Shown: positions 46,966 through 57,322 of the stretch, piece after piece
Layout: each line of letters opens with the position of its first letter
Numbering within the stretch: position 1 is the stretch's first letter
Assembly: GCA_947629405.1 (NCBI GenBank)
Contig: CANRDL010000004.1
Span: 4,098 to 68,097, forward strand
Reading direction: 5' to 3'
Origin: an uncultured Bacilli bacterium
Lineage (GTDB): Bacteria; Bacillota_I; Bacilli_A; RF39; UBA660
DNA length: 64,000 bases
Program-made: the position numbers and the translations under genes
The notes under the pieces: model-generated
The model's input: only the letters and a program-made list of their open reading frames with translations
Databases searched by the model: none
Told to the model about the DNA's origin: nothing

Positions 46966-48147
46966 ATGGATTATGAGCTATTAATTCCCGTTGGCTCTTT
47001 AGAAAAATTAAAAATTGCCTTATTATATGGAGCAGATGCCGTATATATTGGTGGTAAAAATTATTCTCTTCGAGCAAATGCCAGTAATTTTACAAATGAA
47101 GAAATAAAAAAGGCAACTGATTATGTTCATTCTTTAAATAAAAAAATATATGTAACTGTCAATATTGTTTTTCACGAAGAAGATTTAAAAGGACTTAAAG
47201 ATTATTTAATATTTTTAAATGAAATAAAAATTGATGGAGTTATATTTAGCGATATTAGTGTTTTAAAAATTATAAAAGAAAATAATTTAAATTTAAATAT
47301 GTGTTTATCAACTCAAATGAGTGTAGCAAATAAAGAACATGCCTTATTTTGGAAAAATTTAGGAGTTAAAAGAGTAGTAGTAGCAAGAGAATGTAACAAA
47401 GATACAATTAAATCAATAATAGATACGGGAATTTCGGTAGAAGTATTTATTCATGGCGCTATGTGTATGGCATATTCTGGTCAATGTGTTTTATCTAATT
47501 ATTGTACTAATAGAGATTCCAATCGTGGGGGATGCGCTCAAGTATGTCGCTGGTTATTTGATGTAAATAAGCCTCATAAGTTTTCGATTATGCCAAAAGA
47601 CTTAAATATGGTTAGACATATTAAAGAATTGATGGATATGAGGGTTGAATCATTTAAAATTGAAGGAAGAATGCGCTCAATTTATTATATTGCCACTGTA
47701 ACTTTAATTTATAAAACAATTATGCAAAAAGTAGTTAACAATACTTTGAATGATGAATATATTAATTATGCCATTAATATTTTAAATAGATGTGCAAATA
47801 GAGAAAGTACTTCGCAATTTTTTGATAAATTACCCGGATTTAACGAGCAATATTATCAAGATAGAGATGAAGTATCCAATCAAGATTTCTTAGGATTAAT
47901 TAGATCTTACGATGATATTAATAAAATAATTACTTTAGAGCAGAGAAATTATTTTAAAGTAGGTGACATTGTTCAAATATTTGGTCCAAATACGGAAACT
48001 TTTGATTTACAAATAACCAAAATATATAATGAGGATGGAAATTTATTAAATGAAGCTAATCATCCACAAATGATAGTTAAAATACCATGTGATAAAAAAG
48101 TTGAACAATTTGATATGATCAGAATAAAAATATTTGACAAATTATAA
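46966..48147 (+). CDS. Peptidase U32-family protein (YrrO/TrhP-like, tRNA ho5U synthesis)
   Basis: 393 aa from MDYELLIPVG (AGGGGTGA RBS). Exact U32 signature EVFIHGAMCMAYSGQCVLS, plus further Cys (GGCAQVCRW). Confidence 0.85.
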   Translation: MDYELLIPVGSLEKLKIALLYGADAVYIGGKNYSLRANASNFTNEEIKKATDYVHSLNKKIYVTVNIVFHEEDLKGLKDYLIFLNEIKIDGVIFSDISVLKIIKENNLNLNMCLSTQMSVANKEHALFWKNLGVKRVVVARECNKDTIKSIIDTGISVEVFIHGAMCMAYSGQCVLSNYCTNRDSNRGGCAQVCRWLFDVNKPHKFSIMPKDLNMVRHIKELMDMRVESFKIEGRMRSIYYIATVTLIYKTIMQKVVNNTLNDEYINYAINILNRCANRESTSQFFDKLPGFNEQYYQDRDEVSNQDFLGLIRSYDDINKIITLEQRNYFKVGDIVQIFGPNTETFDLQITKIYNEDGNLLNEANHPQMIVKIPCDKKVEQFDMIRIKIFDKL

Positions 48148-48193
48148 TAAATGTAGTATTCTTTTATGGAAATTATTTAAAGGGTGATCAATT

Positions 48194-48664
48194 ATGAAAA
48201 CTAAAAAAGAATGTTTAATGACTGCTGATGGGTTTTTAGAACTAGAAAATGAATTAAATGATTTAAAATTAAATAAAAGACCAGAAATTATTCAGGCCTT
48301 AAAGGAAGCTAGAGCACAAGGAGATTTATCTGAAAATGCTGATTATGATGCGGCTAGAAATGCTCAAGCCGAATTAGAAGGTAAAATAAAAGAATTAGAA
48401 TATATGTTGGAAAATGCTAAAATTATAGATAATAATAATAAAGATGTAATAAATATTGGTTCAACTATAACAATTTGTTATATAGATGATAATGAAGAAG
48501 AAGAGTATAAAATTGTTGGTTCAATGGAATCAGATCCAATGAATAATAAAATATCTAATGAATCACCAATAGGTAAAGCGGTTATTGGTAAAAAAGTAAA
48601 TGATGTTGTTTCAGTTGAATCTCCAAACGGCGCATTTGAAATAAAAATTTTAAAAATTGCTTAA
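48194..48664 (+). CDS. greA: Transcription elongation factor GreA
   Basis: 156 aa. Coiled-coil N-domain with AREQGDLSENADYDAAR, and a C-terminal FKBP-like domain with SPIGKAVIGKKVND. Confidence 0.95.
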   Translation: MKTKKECLMTADGFLELENELNDLKLNKRPEIIQALKEARAQGDLSENADYDAARNAQAELEGKIKELEYMLENAKIIDNNNKDVINIGSTITICYIDDNEEEEYKIVGSMESDPMNNKISNESPIGKAVIGKKVNDVVSVESPNGAFEIKILKIA

Positions 48665-48688
48665 AATTTATAATTTAAGCAATTTTTT
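48655..48688 (+). terminator. Rho-independent terminator after greA
   Basis: AATTGCTTAAA-atttataa-TTTAAGCAATT followed by a T-run. Overlaps the stop codon. Confidence 0.65.
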
Positions 48689-48741
48689 ATTTTAAATTAT
48701 ATTCATTTGTGGTATACTGATATAGTAAAGGTGAATATATA

Positions 48742-49980
48742 ATGGCTAAGAAAAATATGAAAGTGGACTTGGAAAGGTACATGAGTCCCGAAGAAAAGAT
48801 TAAAAGATCTTTTATCTTTTCTTGTACAATTTTAGTAATTTTAACATTTTTAATTTTTATAACATACTCTTTTTTTATAAATAATACAGGTGAAAAAGAT
48901 GTAGGAAATGTGCAAGCGACAAATTCCAGTTCTGATGTGGTATTTTATGAAGCTGGAGATTCAGAATACATAATAAAAAATAATTCTAACACTAATGCAT
49001 ATTCTTATAATTTAAGTTATAAAGAAAGTGAAAGTTGTAGTAATGATATATATTATAAAATACCAAGTGATGGATACTCACATGCCAAAGGAATAATAAA
49101 ACCAGGTGAAGAAAAAAGAGTATATATAATAAACAAATCAAATTGTGATATAAATTCTCAAAATTTAAAAATAAATTCCGGATATGAATATAGTCCAGTT
49201 AAAGTAAGTACTGGGTATCAGGAAATAAAATATTTAAATACATCAAATTTAGAACATGAGACAGAATTAGAATATTTATGGGTTGATAATGGATGGTTAG
49301 AGCCTGAATTTAATAAATATACATTAGAATATAATTTATGCATTTATGAAGATATTATTGGTGATACAGCTGATTCAATTACCGAGATAAACTTTGAAGG
49401 AAGTTTACTTAATAATGGATATATTACAGGAGAAAAAGCAATATTAACAGATGATGATATAATAAAACATAAAATAAAAGTGTATGCCGAAGATGGTACT
49501 TATATCCAAACTTATACTATAAATATAATAAGAAAAGATACTTATCGAGGAAAAATTAAGATGTTTAAGTTGGAAGATCTATGTCATACTGATGAACACG
49601 GAAATCCTTTAGTAATATCAAAAGCATATAAGGAAAATGGCTTTGAAAATAATGATGAAATAAATTTTCATATAGATGACCTTAACAATTATATTTGTCA
49701 AGATAATCATTATTATACTTATATAAATTGGCAATTATCTTATAATTATTTAACTAGTAGTAAATCCATTGGAAATTATATTTTTCGACTACATCTTGCA
49801 AATAATAATGCTCCATTAATTATAACTGATGCATATGATGGTTATGTAAATATTAATTTTACTTCTAATAATGGGGATTTTTTACAACATTTTTCAGTTG
49901 CTTATATGGATGTAGTAGATTATAAACTTTCTGATGCTGAGGAACATATTGATTATACTTATGGCATAAATATTTCTTAA
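48742..49980 (+). CDS. Membrane-anchored extracellular protein with a cadherin-like beta-sandwich segment
   Basis: 412 aa. N-terminal TM (CTILVILTFLIFITYSFFI). The central LEYLWVDNGWLEPEFNKYTLEYNL...IKVYAEDGTYIQTYTINIIRKD fits the cadherin-like beta-sandwich pattern. Confidence 0.5.
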   Translation: MAKKNMKVDLERYMSPEEKIKRSFIFSCTILVILTFLIFITYSFFINNTGEKDVGNVQATNSSSDVVFYEAGDSEYIIKNNSNTNAYSYNLSYKESESCSNDIYYKIPSDGYSHAKGIIKPGEEKRVYIINKSNCDINSQNLKINSGYEYSPVKVSTGYQEIKYLNTSNLEHETELEYLWVDNGWLEPEFNKYTLEYNLCIYEDIIGDTADSITEINFEGSLLNNGYITGEKAILTDDDIIKHKIKVYAEDGTYIQTYTINIIRKDTYRGKIKMFKLEDLCHTDEHGNPLVISKAYKENGFENNDEINFHIDDLNNYICQDNHYYTYINWQLSYNYLTSSKSIGNYIFRLHLANNNAPLIITDAYDGYVNINFTSNNGDFLQHFSVAYMDVVDYKLSDAEEHIDYTYGINIS

Positions 49981-49987
49981 TATTATA

Positions 49988-51280
49988 TTAGTTTAATACT
50001 TTTTTAATATTATTGTAATTACCAAATACGACAAATATTATATTTACAATTTCTGAAATAACTAAACCATATAAACCAATATGAATAAGGGAACATATAG
50101 ATAAAGCTATCATTTTTATAACTATCCCATAAGTAGTAATTTTAAAAGCCGTAGAAGCTTTGTTCATTGCTTGTAATCCCGATGCTAATGGTCCTTCTAA
50201 GTAGAATAATAAAAAGAATGGGGAAAGTACTTTAAAATAATTTAAACCTTTCGTAGTGTCATATAAAATATGTAATATATCTTTTGCCAAAATAAATATT
50301 ATAATATTTATAACTAAACCTATTAAGAAAGAATAAATACATCCTTGTTTTATTCTTCTTTTTACCATATCTTTATTTTTTTGATAGTAATATTTGGAAA
50401 TTTCTGGAACTAATGCCGTGGATATTGCCGAAATAAAAAAAGAAGGAATAAGTAATAAAGAAAGAGAGTAAGCATTATAGCTTGCATATTCTGATAAGAT
50501 AAAATTTTTAGTATATCCAGAAAAAATTAATAAATTAGTAATTATTATTGGTTCAAAAAAATAACCAATATTACCAATTATTCTTGAAGAAATTGACGGT
50601 AGAGAAATTTTAAAAACATCTTTTATTGTTGCTATATCAGGTTTTAAATCTTTTTTAGTAATGGAAAAATTTTTAGGTAAGAAAATTATAAATATTATAA
50701 TTGAAGTTATTTCTGAGGCAATACTTAATAATATTAAACCCATAACGGCAATTACATTACTTATTTTGCTAAGGGGAGGTATTATAAGAATAATTAATAC
50801 TAATCTTACTATTTGTTCAATTATATTAGATAAAGTATGGGGAAACATTTTTTGCTTACCAAAAAAATATCCTCTAATTAAACTAGAAATAGAAATAAAA
50901 GGTAAAACAAAAGACATAGCTATGATTAATATTTTAGTATTAGGAGTATGTAATAAAGTATTTGAAATAAAAGGGGCAAGGACAATAATAACTATTATAA
51001 ATAAAATATTTAAAATAATTATAAAGGGAAATAAAGATGTAAATATTTTTATTCCTCTTTGGGATTCTTCTGAAACTATTTTAGAAACTGCTAAGGGAAG
51101 ACCTAAAGATGCCAGAGTAACAAAAAGAGAATAGGTAGGAAGAAGTAACATATATAGATTTAAAGATTCACTAGAAAGTAATCTTGTATAGACAATTTTA
51201 ATAGCAAATCCTAGAACTCTAGTTATTACACTACCAATAAGTAATATTAATGTTGATTGTATAAATAAATTTTTTTTCAT
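49988..51280 (-). CDS. MOP-superfamily flippase, SpoVB/MurJ-like polysaccharide biosynthesis protein
   Basis: 430 aa, about 12 TM. N-terminus IQSTLILLIGSVITRVLGFAIKIVYTRLL is typical of SpoVB/Wzx-type proteins. Confidence 0.65.
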   Translation of the reverse strand: MKKNLFIQSTLILLIGSVITRVLGFAIKIVYTRLLSSESLNLYMLLLPTYSLFVTLASLGLPLAVSKIVSEESQRGIKIFTSLFPFIIILNILFIIVIIVLAPFISNTLLHTPNTKILIIAMSFVLPFISISSLIRGYFFGKQKMFPHTLSNIIEQIVRLVLIILIIPPLSKISNVIAVMGLILLSIASEITSIIIFIIFLPKNFSITKKDLKPDIATIKDVFKISLPSISSRIIGNIGYFFEPIIITNLLIFSGYTKNFILSEYASYNAYSLSLLLIPSFFISAISTALVPEISKYYYQKNKDMVKRRIKQGCIYSFLIGLVINIIIFILAKDILHILYDTTKGLNYFKVLSPFFLLFYLEGPLASGLQAMNKASTAFKITTYGIVIKMIALSICSLIHIGLYGLVISEIVNIIFVVFGNYNNIKKVLN

Positions 51281-51347
51281 AGTATCCTCTTTAAAATATA
51301 TTCAAATTATTGTATAATATATTCAAATTAATTAAGGGATTGATACT

Positions 51348-52622
51348 ATGTTTGTAGATGAAATTAATATTAAAGTAATTGCTGGTGATGGTGGCGATGG
51401 CTGTACTTCATTTCGAAGAGAAAAATATGTTCCAATGGGTGGACCAGATGGTGGAGACGGTGGCAGAGGAAGTAACATTATTTTTAAAGTTGATCGTAAT
51501 TTAAAAACTTTAATCGATTTAAAATATCAAAAGATAATAAAAGGGAAAAAAGGGGAAAATGGAAAAGGTAGTAATAAAGTAGGAAAAAATGCTTCAGATA
51601 TAGTAATTAAGGTCCCTGCTGGAACTACAATTATTGATAATGATACTAATTTAGTTATTGTTGATTTAGTCGATGATAATCAAGAATATATTGTTGCTAA
51701 AGGTGGAAAAGGGGGATATGGAAACAAACATTTTGCAACTCATCAAGATACAGCACCTAGAATTTCAGAATATGGCGATAAAGGAGAAGTAAGATTTATT
51801 AAATGTGAACTTAAACTACTGGCTGATGTAGGTATAATTGGCCTTCCATCAGTTGGTAAATCAACATTACTTTCCTTAGTAAGTGCTGCCAAACCGAAAA
51901 TTGCTTCTTATCATTTTACTACTTTAGCACCTAACTTAGGTTTAGTTACTACTAAGAAGAGAAAAAGATTTATAATGGCTGATTTACCAGGATTAATTGA
52001 AGGAGCTTCATCTGGCGTTGGTTTAGGGGATAAGTTCTTGCGTCACACTGCCCGTTGTAAATTACTTGTTCATGTAATTGATATGGGAGCAAGTGATGGA
52101 AGAAATCCTATTGATGATTATAAGATAATTAACAACGAACTTTCTTTATATTCTAACAAACTAGCTTTAAAAAAGCAGATAGTAGTTGCTAATAAAAGTG
52201 ATTTGCCAGATTTTTCTAAAAATTTAGAAAAATTTAAAAAAGCATATCCTGATATGGAAATATTTAGTATTAGTTCATTATATAATAAGGGAGTAGATGA
52301 ATTAATAGAAAAGATTGCTGATACTTTAGATACCATAAAAAGTGAAAATATATATGATGAATCCCAAATGGAAGATGAAGTTATATTTAAATTTAAAGAA
52401 GAAGAACCATATACTATTGAAAATATTGATGGAATATGGACTATTAAAGGTAAAAAAATAGAGAGATTATTTTCAAAAACTAAATTTATGGAAGAAGAAT
52501 CCGCTAATCGTTTTGCTACTATTTTAAGAAAAATGGGCGTAGAAGAAAAACTTGAAGAAATGGGAGCAAAAAGGGGAGACGATGTCAAAATTTGTGATAA
52601 AATTTTTAGTTTTAAAGAATAA
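51348..52622 (+). CDS. obg: GTPase Obg/CgtA
   Basis: 424 aa. MFVDE, glycine-rich Obg fold (GGDGGDGGRGSNI), G1 GLPSVGKST, G3 DLPG, G4 NKSD, and an OCT C-domain. Confidence 0.97.
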   Translation: MFVDEINIKVIAGDGGDGCTSFRREKYVPMGGPDGGDGGRGSNIIFKVDRNLKTLIDLKYQKIIKGKKGENGKGSNKVGKNASDIVIKVPAGTTIIDNDTNLVIVDLVDDNQEYIVAKGGKGGYGNKHFATHQDTAPRISEYGDKGEVRFIKCELKLLADVGIIGLPSVGKSTLLSLVSAAKPKIASYHFTTLAPNLGLVTTKKRKRFIMADLPGLIEGASSGVGLGDKFLRHTARCKLLVHVIDMGASDGRNPIDDYKIINNELSLYSNKLALKKQIVVANKSDLPDFSKNLEKFKKAYPDMEIFSISSLYNKGVDELIEKIADTLDTIKSENIYDESQMEDEVIFKFKEEEPYTIENIDGIWTIKGKKIERLFSKTKFMEEESANRFATILRKMGVEEKLEEMGAKRGDDVKICDKIFSFKE

Positions 52623-52691
52623 TCATGATATCATTTGTCGAAAGCATTTACATAAATAATTAAAAATGATAATGTTTTATTGGTGATAAAA

Positions 52692-52916
52692 ATGGATATT
52701 TATTATAATAATAAAACATTGTTTGTAAATATAATAAATGATATAACTTTAGATAATATTGATATATTACAAAATCGAATTTTCTTAATTTTAGATAGGT
52801 ATGATATTAAAGATGTCAATATAAAAATTCATTGCCAAGATTATGATGAATATTTATTTGATTCTTTAATAGCTAATTATAACAAAAGATATAAAGGTAA
52901 TTTAAATATTGAATAA
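52692..52916 (+). CDS. Hypothetical small protein
   Basis: 74 aa. GGTGAT RBS. No recognisable motif. Confidence 0.4.
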   Translation: MDIYYNNKTLFVNIINDITLDNIDILQNRIFLILDRYDIKDVNIKIHCQDYDEYLFDSLIANYNKRYKGNLNIE

Positions 52917-52958
52917 ATTATGTTATACTTTAATAAAATAATATAAGGAGTGTTTAGT

Positions 52959-53453
52959 TTGAACAAAATAGTTATATATGCATCATTTTTTTTGTGGATA
53001 ATATATTTTTTAAGTTTATGTTTAAAAGCTTATAAAAATACTGATATTCATAATTTTAATAATTATTTTGAATGGTTTAAAATTAATTATAAAAAAAGTT
53101 TTCAAATTTCAGCTTTAATATTAATTTTAATGTATATTGTTTTTGCTAATTTTGGAAATAAAACGGTAGATAAATTACTTTTTTTGACGATTAATTTATA
53201 TTTATATGTTGATTTTATTTGCGAAAATAAAGATGTATTTAAAAATTTTAAATGGCGTAATTATTCTAAATATACATATATATTTCTTATTTTTGTCGCT
53301 ATTTTACCATTTGAATATTATTTTTTGTATAAAGGTTTAGCAATTACATATATTTGGTTATTTTTATATGTTTTATTTGCTTATTATATTATTGGAGCAA
53401 TTAAATATTTTTCATTAAAAATAGAGAAATATAATAAAAAGAGTGTTAAATAA
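52959..53453 (+). CDS. Hypothetical polytopic membrane protein
   Basis: About 164 aa, 4-5 TM. The TTG at 52959 lies 8 nt after AAGGAG. The GTG at 52950 overlaps the RBS and is unlikely to be the start. Confidence 0.5.
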   Translation: MNKIVIYASFFLWIIYFLSLCLKAYKNTDIHNFNNYFEWFKINYKKSFQISALILILMYIVFANFGNKTVDKLLFLTINLYLYVDFICENKDVFKNFKWRNYSKYTYIFLIFVAILPFEYYFLYKGLAITYIWLFLYVLFAYYIIGAIKYFSLKIEKYNKKSVK

Positions 53454-53637
53454 AGTATATTTTTAAATTAAATTAAAATATAATATATAAAAACACTTGT
53501 TATTATGTTTTTTTTTTGATAAAATTAAAGAGATTTTAAAAAATCAAATAAACACAAATATGGATTTTATTATCTAGTGCCATGTGGTGATAATATTTAG
53601 AAGTATTTGGGTGTAAAACGAAGGGAGAATGATTTAT

Positions 53638-54582
53638 ATGGCAGTAGTTTCAATGAATAATTTACTTGAAGCTGGAGTTCATTTTGGTCATCAAACAAAA
53701 AGATGGAATCCCAAAATGAAAAAATATATTTATACAACTAGAGATGACATTTATATTATCGATCTTGATAAGACCGAAAAATGCATTGAGGATGCATATG
53801 TAGTAATTAAAGAAATTGCTAATAATGGCGGAACTTTCTTATTTGTAGGTACTAAAAAACAAGCTCAAGAGGCTGCAAAAGAAGAAGCTATTAGAAGTAA
53901 AAGTTTCTATGTTACTGAAAGATGGTTAGGTGGAACTTTAACTAATTTTAGAACAATTAGAAGAAGAATTAAAAGACTTGAAGAAATCGAAAAAATGGAA
54001 AAAGACGGTTTATTTGAAGTACTTCCTAAGAAAGAAATTATAGGTCTTAAAAAAGAATATACAAAATTAAATAAACTTTTAGATGGCATTAGAGGAATGG
54101 ATAAATTACCTAATGCAATGATCATTGTTGATCCTAAAAAAGAATATAGTGCAATTAGAGAAGCACGTAAATTAAATATTCCTGTTTTTGGAATAGTAGA
54201 TACTAATTGTGATCCTGATGATGTTGACTATGTTATTCCTGGAAATGATGATGCAGTAAGAAGTGTAAAAGTAATTTTAGGAGTACTTAATAATGCTATT
54301 TGTGAAGCAAAAGGTTTAGAATTAGTAGATTATGTTAATGAAGAAGATAAGAAAAAAACAAAAGAAGAAAAAACAGAAGAAACTAAAGAAGTAAAAGAAA
54401 CAAAAGATACTAAAGAAGTAACTGAAAGTAAAAAAGAAATTGTAGAAGAACCAAAAAAAGAAGTTAAAAAAGATTTAAGTTCTAAAACTTTAGCTGAACT
54501 TAAGAAAATAGCTAAAGAAAAAGGTATAAAAGGATATTCTACAATGAAAAAATCTGAATTAGTAGAAATTTTAAATAAATAG
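53638..54582 (+). CDS. rpsB: 30S ribosomal protein S2 with K/E-rich extension and C-terminal Rho_N/HeH-like motif
   Basis: [27 protein letters not shown] starts the canonical S2 core. An extra tail of about 75 aa ends in [30 protein letters not shown]. Confidence 0.95.
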   Translation: MAVVSMNNLLEAGVHFGHQTKRWNPKMKKYIYTTRDDIYIIDLDKTEKCIEDAYVVIKEIANNGGTFLFVGTKKQAQEAAKEEAIRSKSFYVTERWLGGTLTNFRTIRRRIKRLEEIEKMEKDGLFEVLPKKEIIGLKKEYTKLNKLLDGIRGMDKLPNAMIIVDPKKEYSAIREARKLNIPVFGIVDTNCDPDDVDYVIPGNDDAVRSVKVILGVLNNAICEAKGLELVDYVNEEDKKKTKEEKTEETKEVKETKDTKEVTESKKEIVEEPKKEVKKDLSSKTLAELKKIAKEKGIKGYSTMKKSELVEILNK

Positions 54583-54592
54583 GAGGTATAAA

Positions 54593-55468
54593 ATGATTAG
54601 TGCAAGCTTAGTAAAAGAATTAAGAGAAAAATCTGGCGCCGGAATGATGGAATGTAAAAAAGCCTTAACTGAAGTTAATGGTGACATCGATAAGGCAATG
54701 GATTATTTACGCGAAAATGGATTAGCTAAAGTAGCAAAAAAAGCTAGTAGAATTGCTGCTGAAGGCCTTGCTAATGTTTTTATTGATAATAATAAAGCAG
54801 TAATATTAGAAGTTAATGCTGAAACTGATTTTGTAAGTAAAAATCAAGAATTTATAGATTTAATTGCTAATATTGGTAAGGCAATATTAAAAAGCGATGC
54901 TAAAAATTTTGAAGAAGCAAAAGAAGTTAAAGCTGATAATGGAACAGTTAATGATTTAATTGTAGAAGCAACAGCTAAAATTGGTGAAAAAATTTCTTTT
55001 AGAAGATGTGAAATTGTAACAAAAGAAGATAATGAAACTTTTGGAAGCTATTTACACATGGGTGGAAAGATTGCGGTTTTAGTTAAACTTGAAGGAGCCA
55101 ATGAAGAAGTTGCTAAAGATGTTGCAATGCAATCTGCAGCAATGAAACCTCAATATGTATTTACTACTGATGTTCCAGAAGATGTTTTAGAACATGAAAG
55201 AGAAGTTCAAAAGACTAATGCAATGAATGAAGGAAAACCTGAAGAAATTGCTGTTAAAATGGTTGAAGGAAGAATTAAGAAATTTTATAAAGAAGTTTGT
55301 TTAGAAAAACAAGAATTTATTAAAGATTCTTCTTTAGATATTGATACTTATATTAAAAACAATAATGGTAAACTACTTTCTATGATTCGTTATGAAGTTG
55401 GTGAAGGTATGGAAAAAAGAAATGATGACTTTGCCTCAGAAGTAATGAATCAAATAAATGGTAAATAA
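54593..55468 (+). CDS. tsf: Elongation factor Ts
   Basis: 291 aa. UBA-like N-terminus LVKELREKSGAGMMECKKAL and the dimerisation core. Confidence 0.97.
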   Translation: MISASLVKELREKSGAGMMECKKALTEVNGDIDKAMDYLRENGLAKVAKKASRIAAEGLANVFIDNNKAVILEVNAETDFVSKNQEFIDLIANIGKAILKSDAKNFEEAKEVKADNGTVNDLIVEATAKIGEKISFRRCEIVTKEDNETFGSYLHMGGKIAVLVKLEGANEEVAKDVAMQSAAMKPQYVFTTDVPEDVLEHEREVQKTNAMNEGKPEEIAVKMVEGRIKKFYKEVCLEKQEFIKDSSLDIDTYIKNNNGKLLSMIRYEVGEGMEKRNDDFASEVMNQINGK

Positions 55469-55470
55469 TA

Positions 55471-55581
55471 ATGAAAAGTAGTAAAGTAAATAATTTTGAA
55501 AAAAAACGTAAAATAAGAATTATTTTCGATGTCTTATTTATTGTTTTAGGAATTATTTTACTAATTATATTTTGGTTATAA
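55471..55581 (+). CDS. Possible 36-aa single-TM micro-protein (not in the supplied ORF track)
   Basis: ATG lies 2 nt after the tsf stop. MKSSKVNNFEKKRKIRIIFDVLFIVLGIILLIIFWL has a basic head and a TM. Followed directly by the terminator hairpin. No obvious RBS. Confidence 0.3.
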   Translation: MKSSKVNNFEKKRKIRIIFDVLFIVLGIILLIIFWL

Positions 55582-55583
55582 AG

Positions 55584-55622
55584 AAAAGATAAAATGAAAT
55601 TACATTTTATCTTTTATTTTTT
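55584..55622. terminator. Bidirectional terminator between tsf unit and convergent rnhC
   Basis: 13-bp stem AAAAGATAAAATG / CATTTTATCTTTT with a 6-nt loop. A T-run follows on the + strand and an A-rich flank sits on the other side. Overlaps the last codons of rnhC. Confidence 0.65.
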
Positions 55623-56532
55623 TGGTATTTTTAAAATTTAATTTTACATATTTAGATAAATAATTAATATCGTGTTTTTTTAATATATTTAGGGCAATAT
55701 CATCAACTTTTTCTCCAGCGCCTTTTGGAATTTCTATTCCTAATTCTTTACTCATTTTTGCTATTTCTTTTAAAAATATATAACGAGAAATTATTGAGCC
55801 ACAGGCAACTGATAAAACTTGATCTTCGGCTTTTGTCATAAATGTAATATTATTAACTTTATTTTTAGCATCTTTTATATATTCATAATATTTGGTTGGG
55901 TAGCAAAATTGATCTACTACTATTTTTTCATAATTTAATTCAGAATTTTGCGAAAGTTCAAATAAAACTTTATTATGTAAAATGGCCTTTATTTTATTCA
56001 TGTTAAAATCTTTTTGTTTATTATATTCTTCATTATTTAATATAAATGTTTTATATGGTATTCTTTTTATTAATTTTGGCGCAATTTCAATAATACTTTT
56101 ATCACTAATTTTTTTGGAATCTCCTACTTTTAAATCTTTTAAAAAATTAAAATCATTTTTATTTACATAACAAGCGGTAACAACTATTGGGCCAAAATAA
56201 TCTCCTGTTCCAACTTCATCAGAGCCAATTGAAGAAATATTAAGAAATTTATATTTCTTTTTTTCTTCTTTTTTCTTTTTATCTTCACTAGATGTTATAT
56301 CTATGTCTTTATTATTTACAAATTTTTCTTGATCTTTCCATAAGGCGGCATCAATATCAGCGGATATTCCTTGAAACATGACTTTTCCAGAATTATATAA
56401 TGTAACAGTAGTACCATCTGCACCCTTTGATTGAAAAACGGAGTAAGGTGGGGGATTTATTACACTGGTATCTTTATAAAAATCAATTAATTTTTCTTTT
56501 AAATTATCACTAATTTTAAAAACTATTGTCAT
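55600..56532 (-). CDS. rnhC: Ribonuclease HIII
   Basis: 310 aa. N-terminal DUF3378-type substrate-binding domain. Catalytic DEVGTGDYFGP and a downstream DSK motif. Confidence 0.9.
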   Translation of the reverse strand: MTIVFKISDNLKEKLIDFYKDTSVINPPPYSVFQSKGADGTTVTLYNSGKVMFQGISADIDAALWKDQEKFVNNKDIDITSSEDKKKKEEKKKYKFLNISSIGSDEVGTGDYFGPIVVTACYVNKNDFNFLKDLKVGDSKKISDKSIIEIAPKLIKRIPYKTFILNNEEYNKQKDFNMNKIKAILHNKVLFELSQNSELNYEKIVVDQFCYPTKYYEYIKDAKNKVNNITFMTKAEDQVLSVACGSIISRYIFLKEIAKMSKELGIEIPKGAGEKVDDIALNILKKHDINYLSKYVKLNFKNTKKIKDKM

Positions 56533-56613
56533 TTTTTACACCTCAGATTCATTTTAACATATTTTTTTTGTAAATTCATTAAATCTTGTATATAATATAT
56601 ATAGAGGTATAGT

Positions 56614-57312
56614 ATGTTTAGTTTAAATATTATTGATGTTTCAATTATTTTAATATTATTGTTAGGTATAGTAGTTGGTTTTAAAAGGGGTGCTATTAAA
56701 ACTGCTGTTGAACTTTTAAGTATAATAGTAGTATTATTTATATCTTATAAATTAAAAAATCCTCTTTCTATATTCATGTATAAACATTTGCCATTTTTTC
56801 CATTAGGAGGATTATCGGTACTTAATATTTTAATTTATGAAGCAATTGCCTTTTTAATATGCTTTTCTTTATTAATGATTATTGCCAAAATTCTAATTAG
56901 ATTAAGTGGTATCTTAGATAGAATACTAAAAGCAACAATTATTTTAAATTTACCTTCAAGATTAATTGGAGCAGTGCTTGGACTTCTTCAAAATTACATA
57001 ATTATATTTATGGCTTTATTTATTTTAACTCAAATAAGTGTAGGTAATGATTTGATTAATGAAAGTAAATATGCTGATATAATTTTAAAAAATACCCCGG
57101 TTTTAAATAAAATTAGTCAAAATAGCTATAATGCTTTAAAAGAAGTATCTACAATTAGTAAAGATTATCAAAAGAATGATATTAATAAAGCTAATTATGA
57201 AGCACTAAAAATAATGTTAGATAATAAAATAATAAGTAAAGAAAATGTTTTATATTTAGTAAATAAAAATAAACTTAAAATTGCAAATGTAAATAGTTTA
57301 ATAAATAATTAA
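56614..57312 (+). CDS. cvpA: CvpA-family membrane protein
   Basis: 232 aa. NIIDVSIILILLLGIVVGFKRG is the typical CvpA start. Four TM. Neighbourhood with rnhC as in B. subtilis (yshB). Confidence 0.75.
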   Translation: MFSLNIIDVSIILILLLGIVVGFKRGAIKTAVELLSIIVVLFISYKLKNPLSIFMYKHLPFFPLGGLSVLNILIYEAIAFLICFSLLMIIAKILIRLSGILDRILKATIILNLPSRLIGAVLGLLQNYIIIFMALFILTQISVGNDLINESKYADIILKNTPVLNKISQNSYNALKEVSTISKDYQKNDINKANYEALKIMLDNKIISKENVLYLVNKNKLKIANVNSLINN

Positions 57313-57322
57313 AGGAGATTTT

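Noticed and set aside
50661-51134. 157-aa plus-strand ORF inside the SpoVB-like flippase gene
   Set aside because: It is antisense to a 12-TM MOP-family ORF with a typical N-terminus. Mirror-image hydrophobic ORFs are expected opposite membrane-protein genes.
52118-52588. 156-aa minus-strand ORF inside obg
   Set aside because: It is nested antisense to the well-conserved Obg C-terminal region. The translation is S/I/L/F-rich with no motif or RBS.
53454-53637. Possible structured leader or riboswitch upstream of rpsB (184-nt gap)
   Set aside because: I found only weak, short complementary segments, and I know of no S2 leader motif for Firmicutes. The gap is adequately explained by a weak terminator for the upstream gene plus a promoter (TTGATA-17-AAAAAT).
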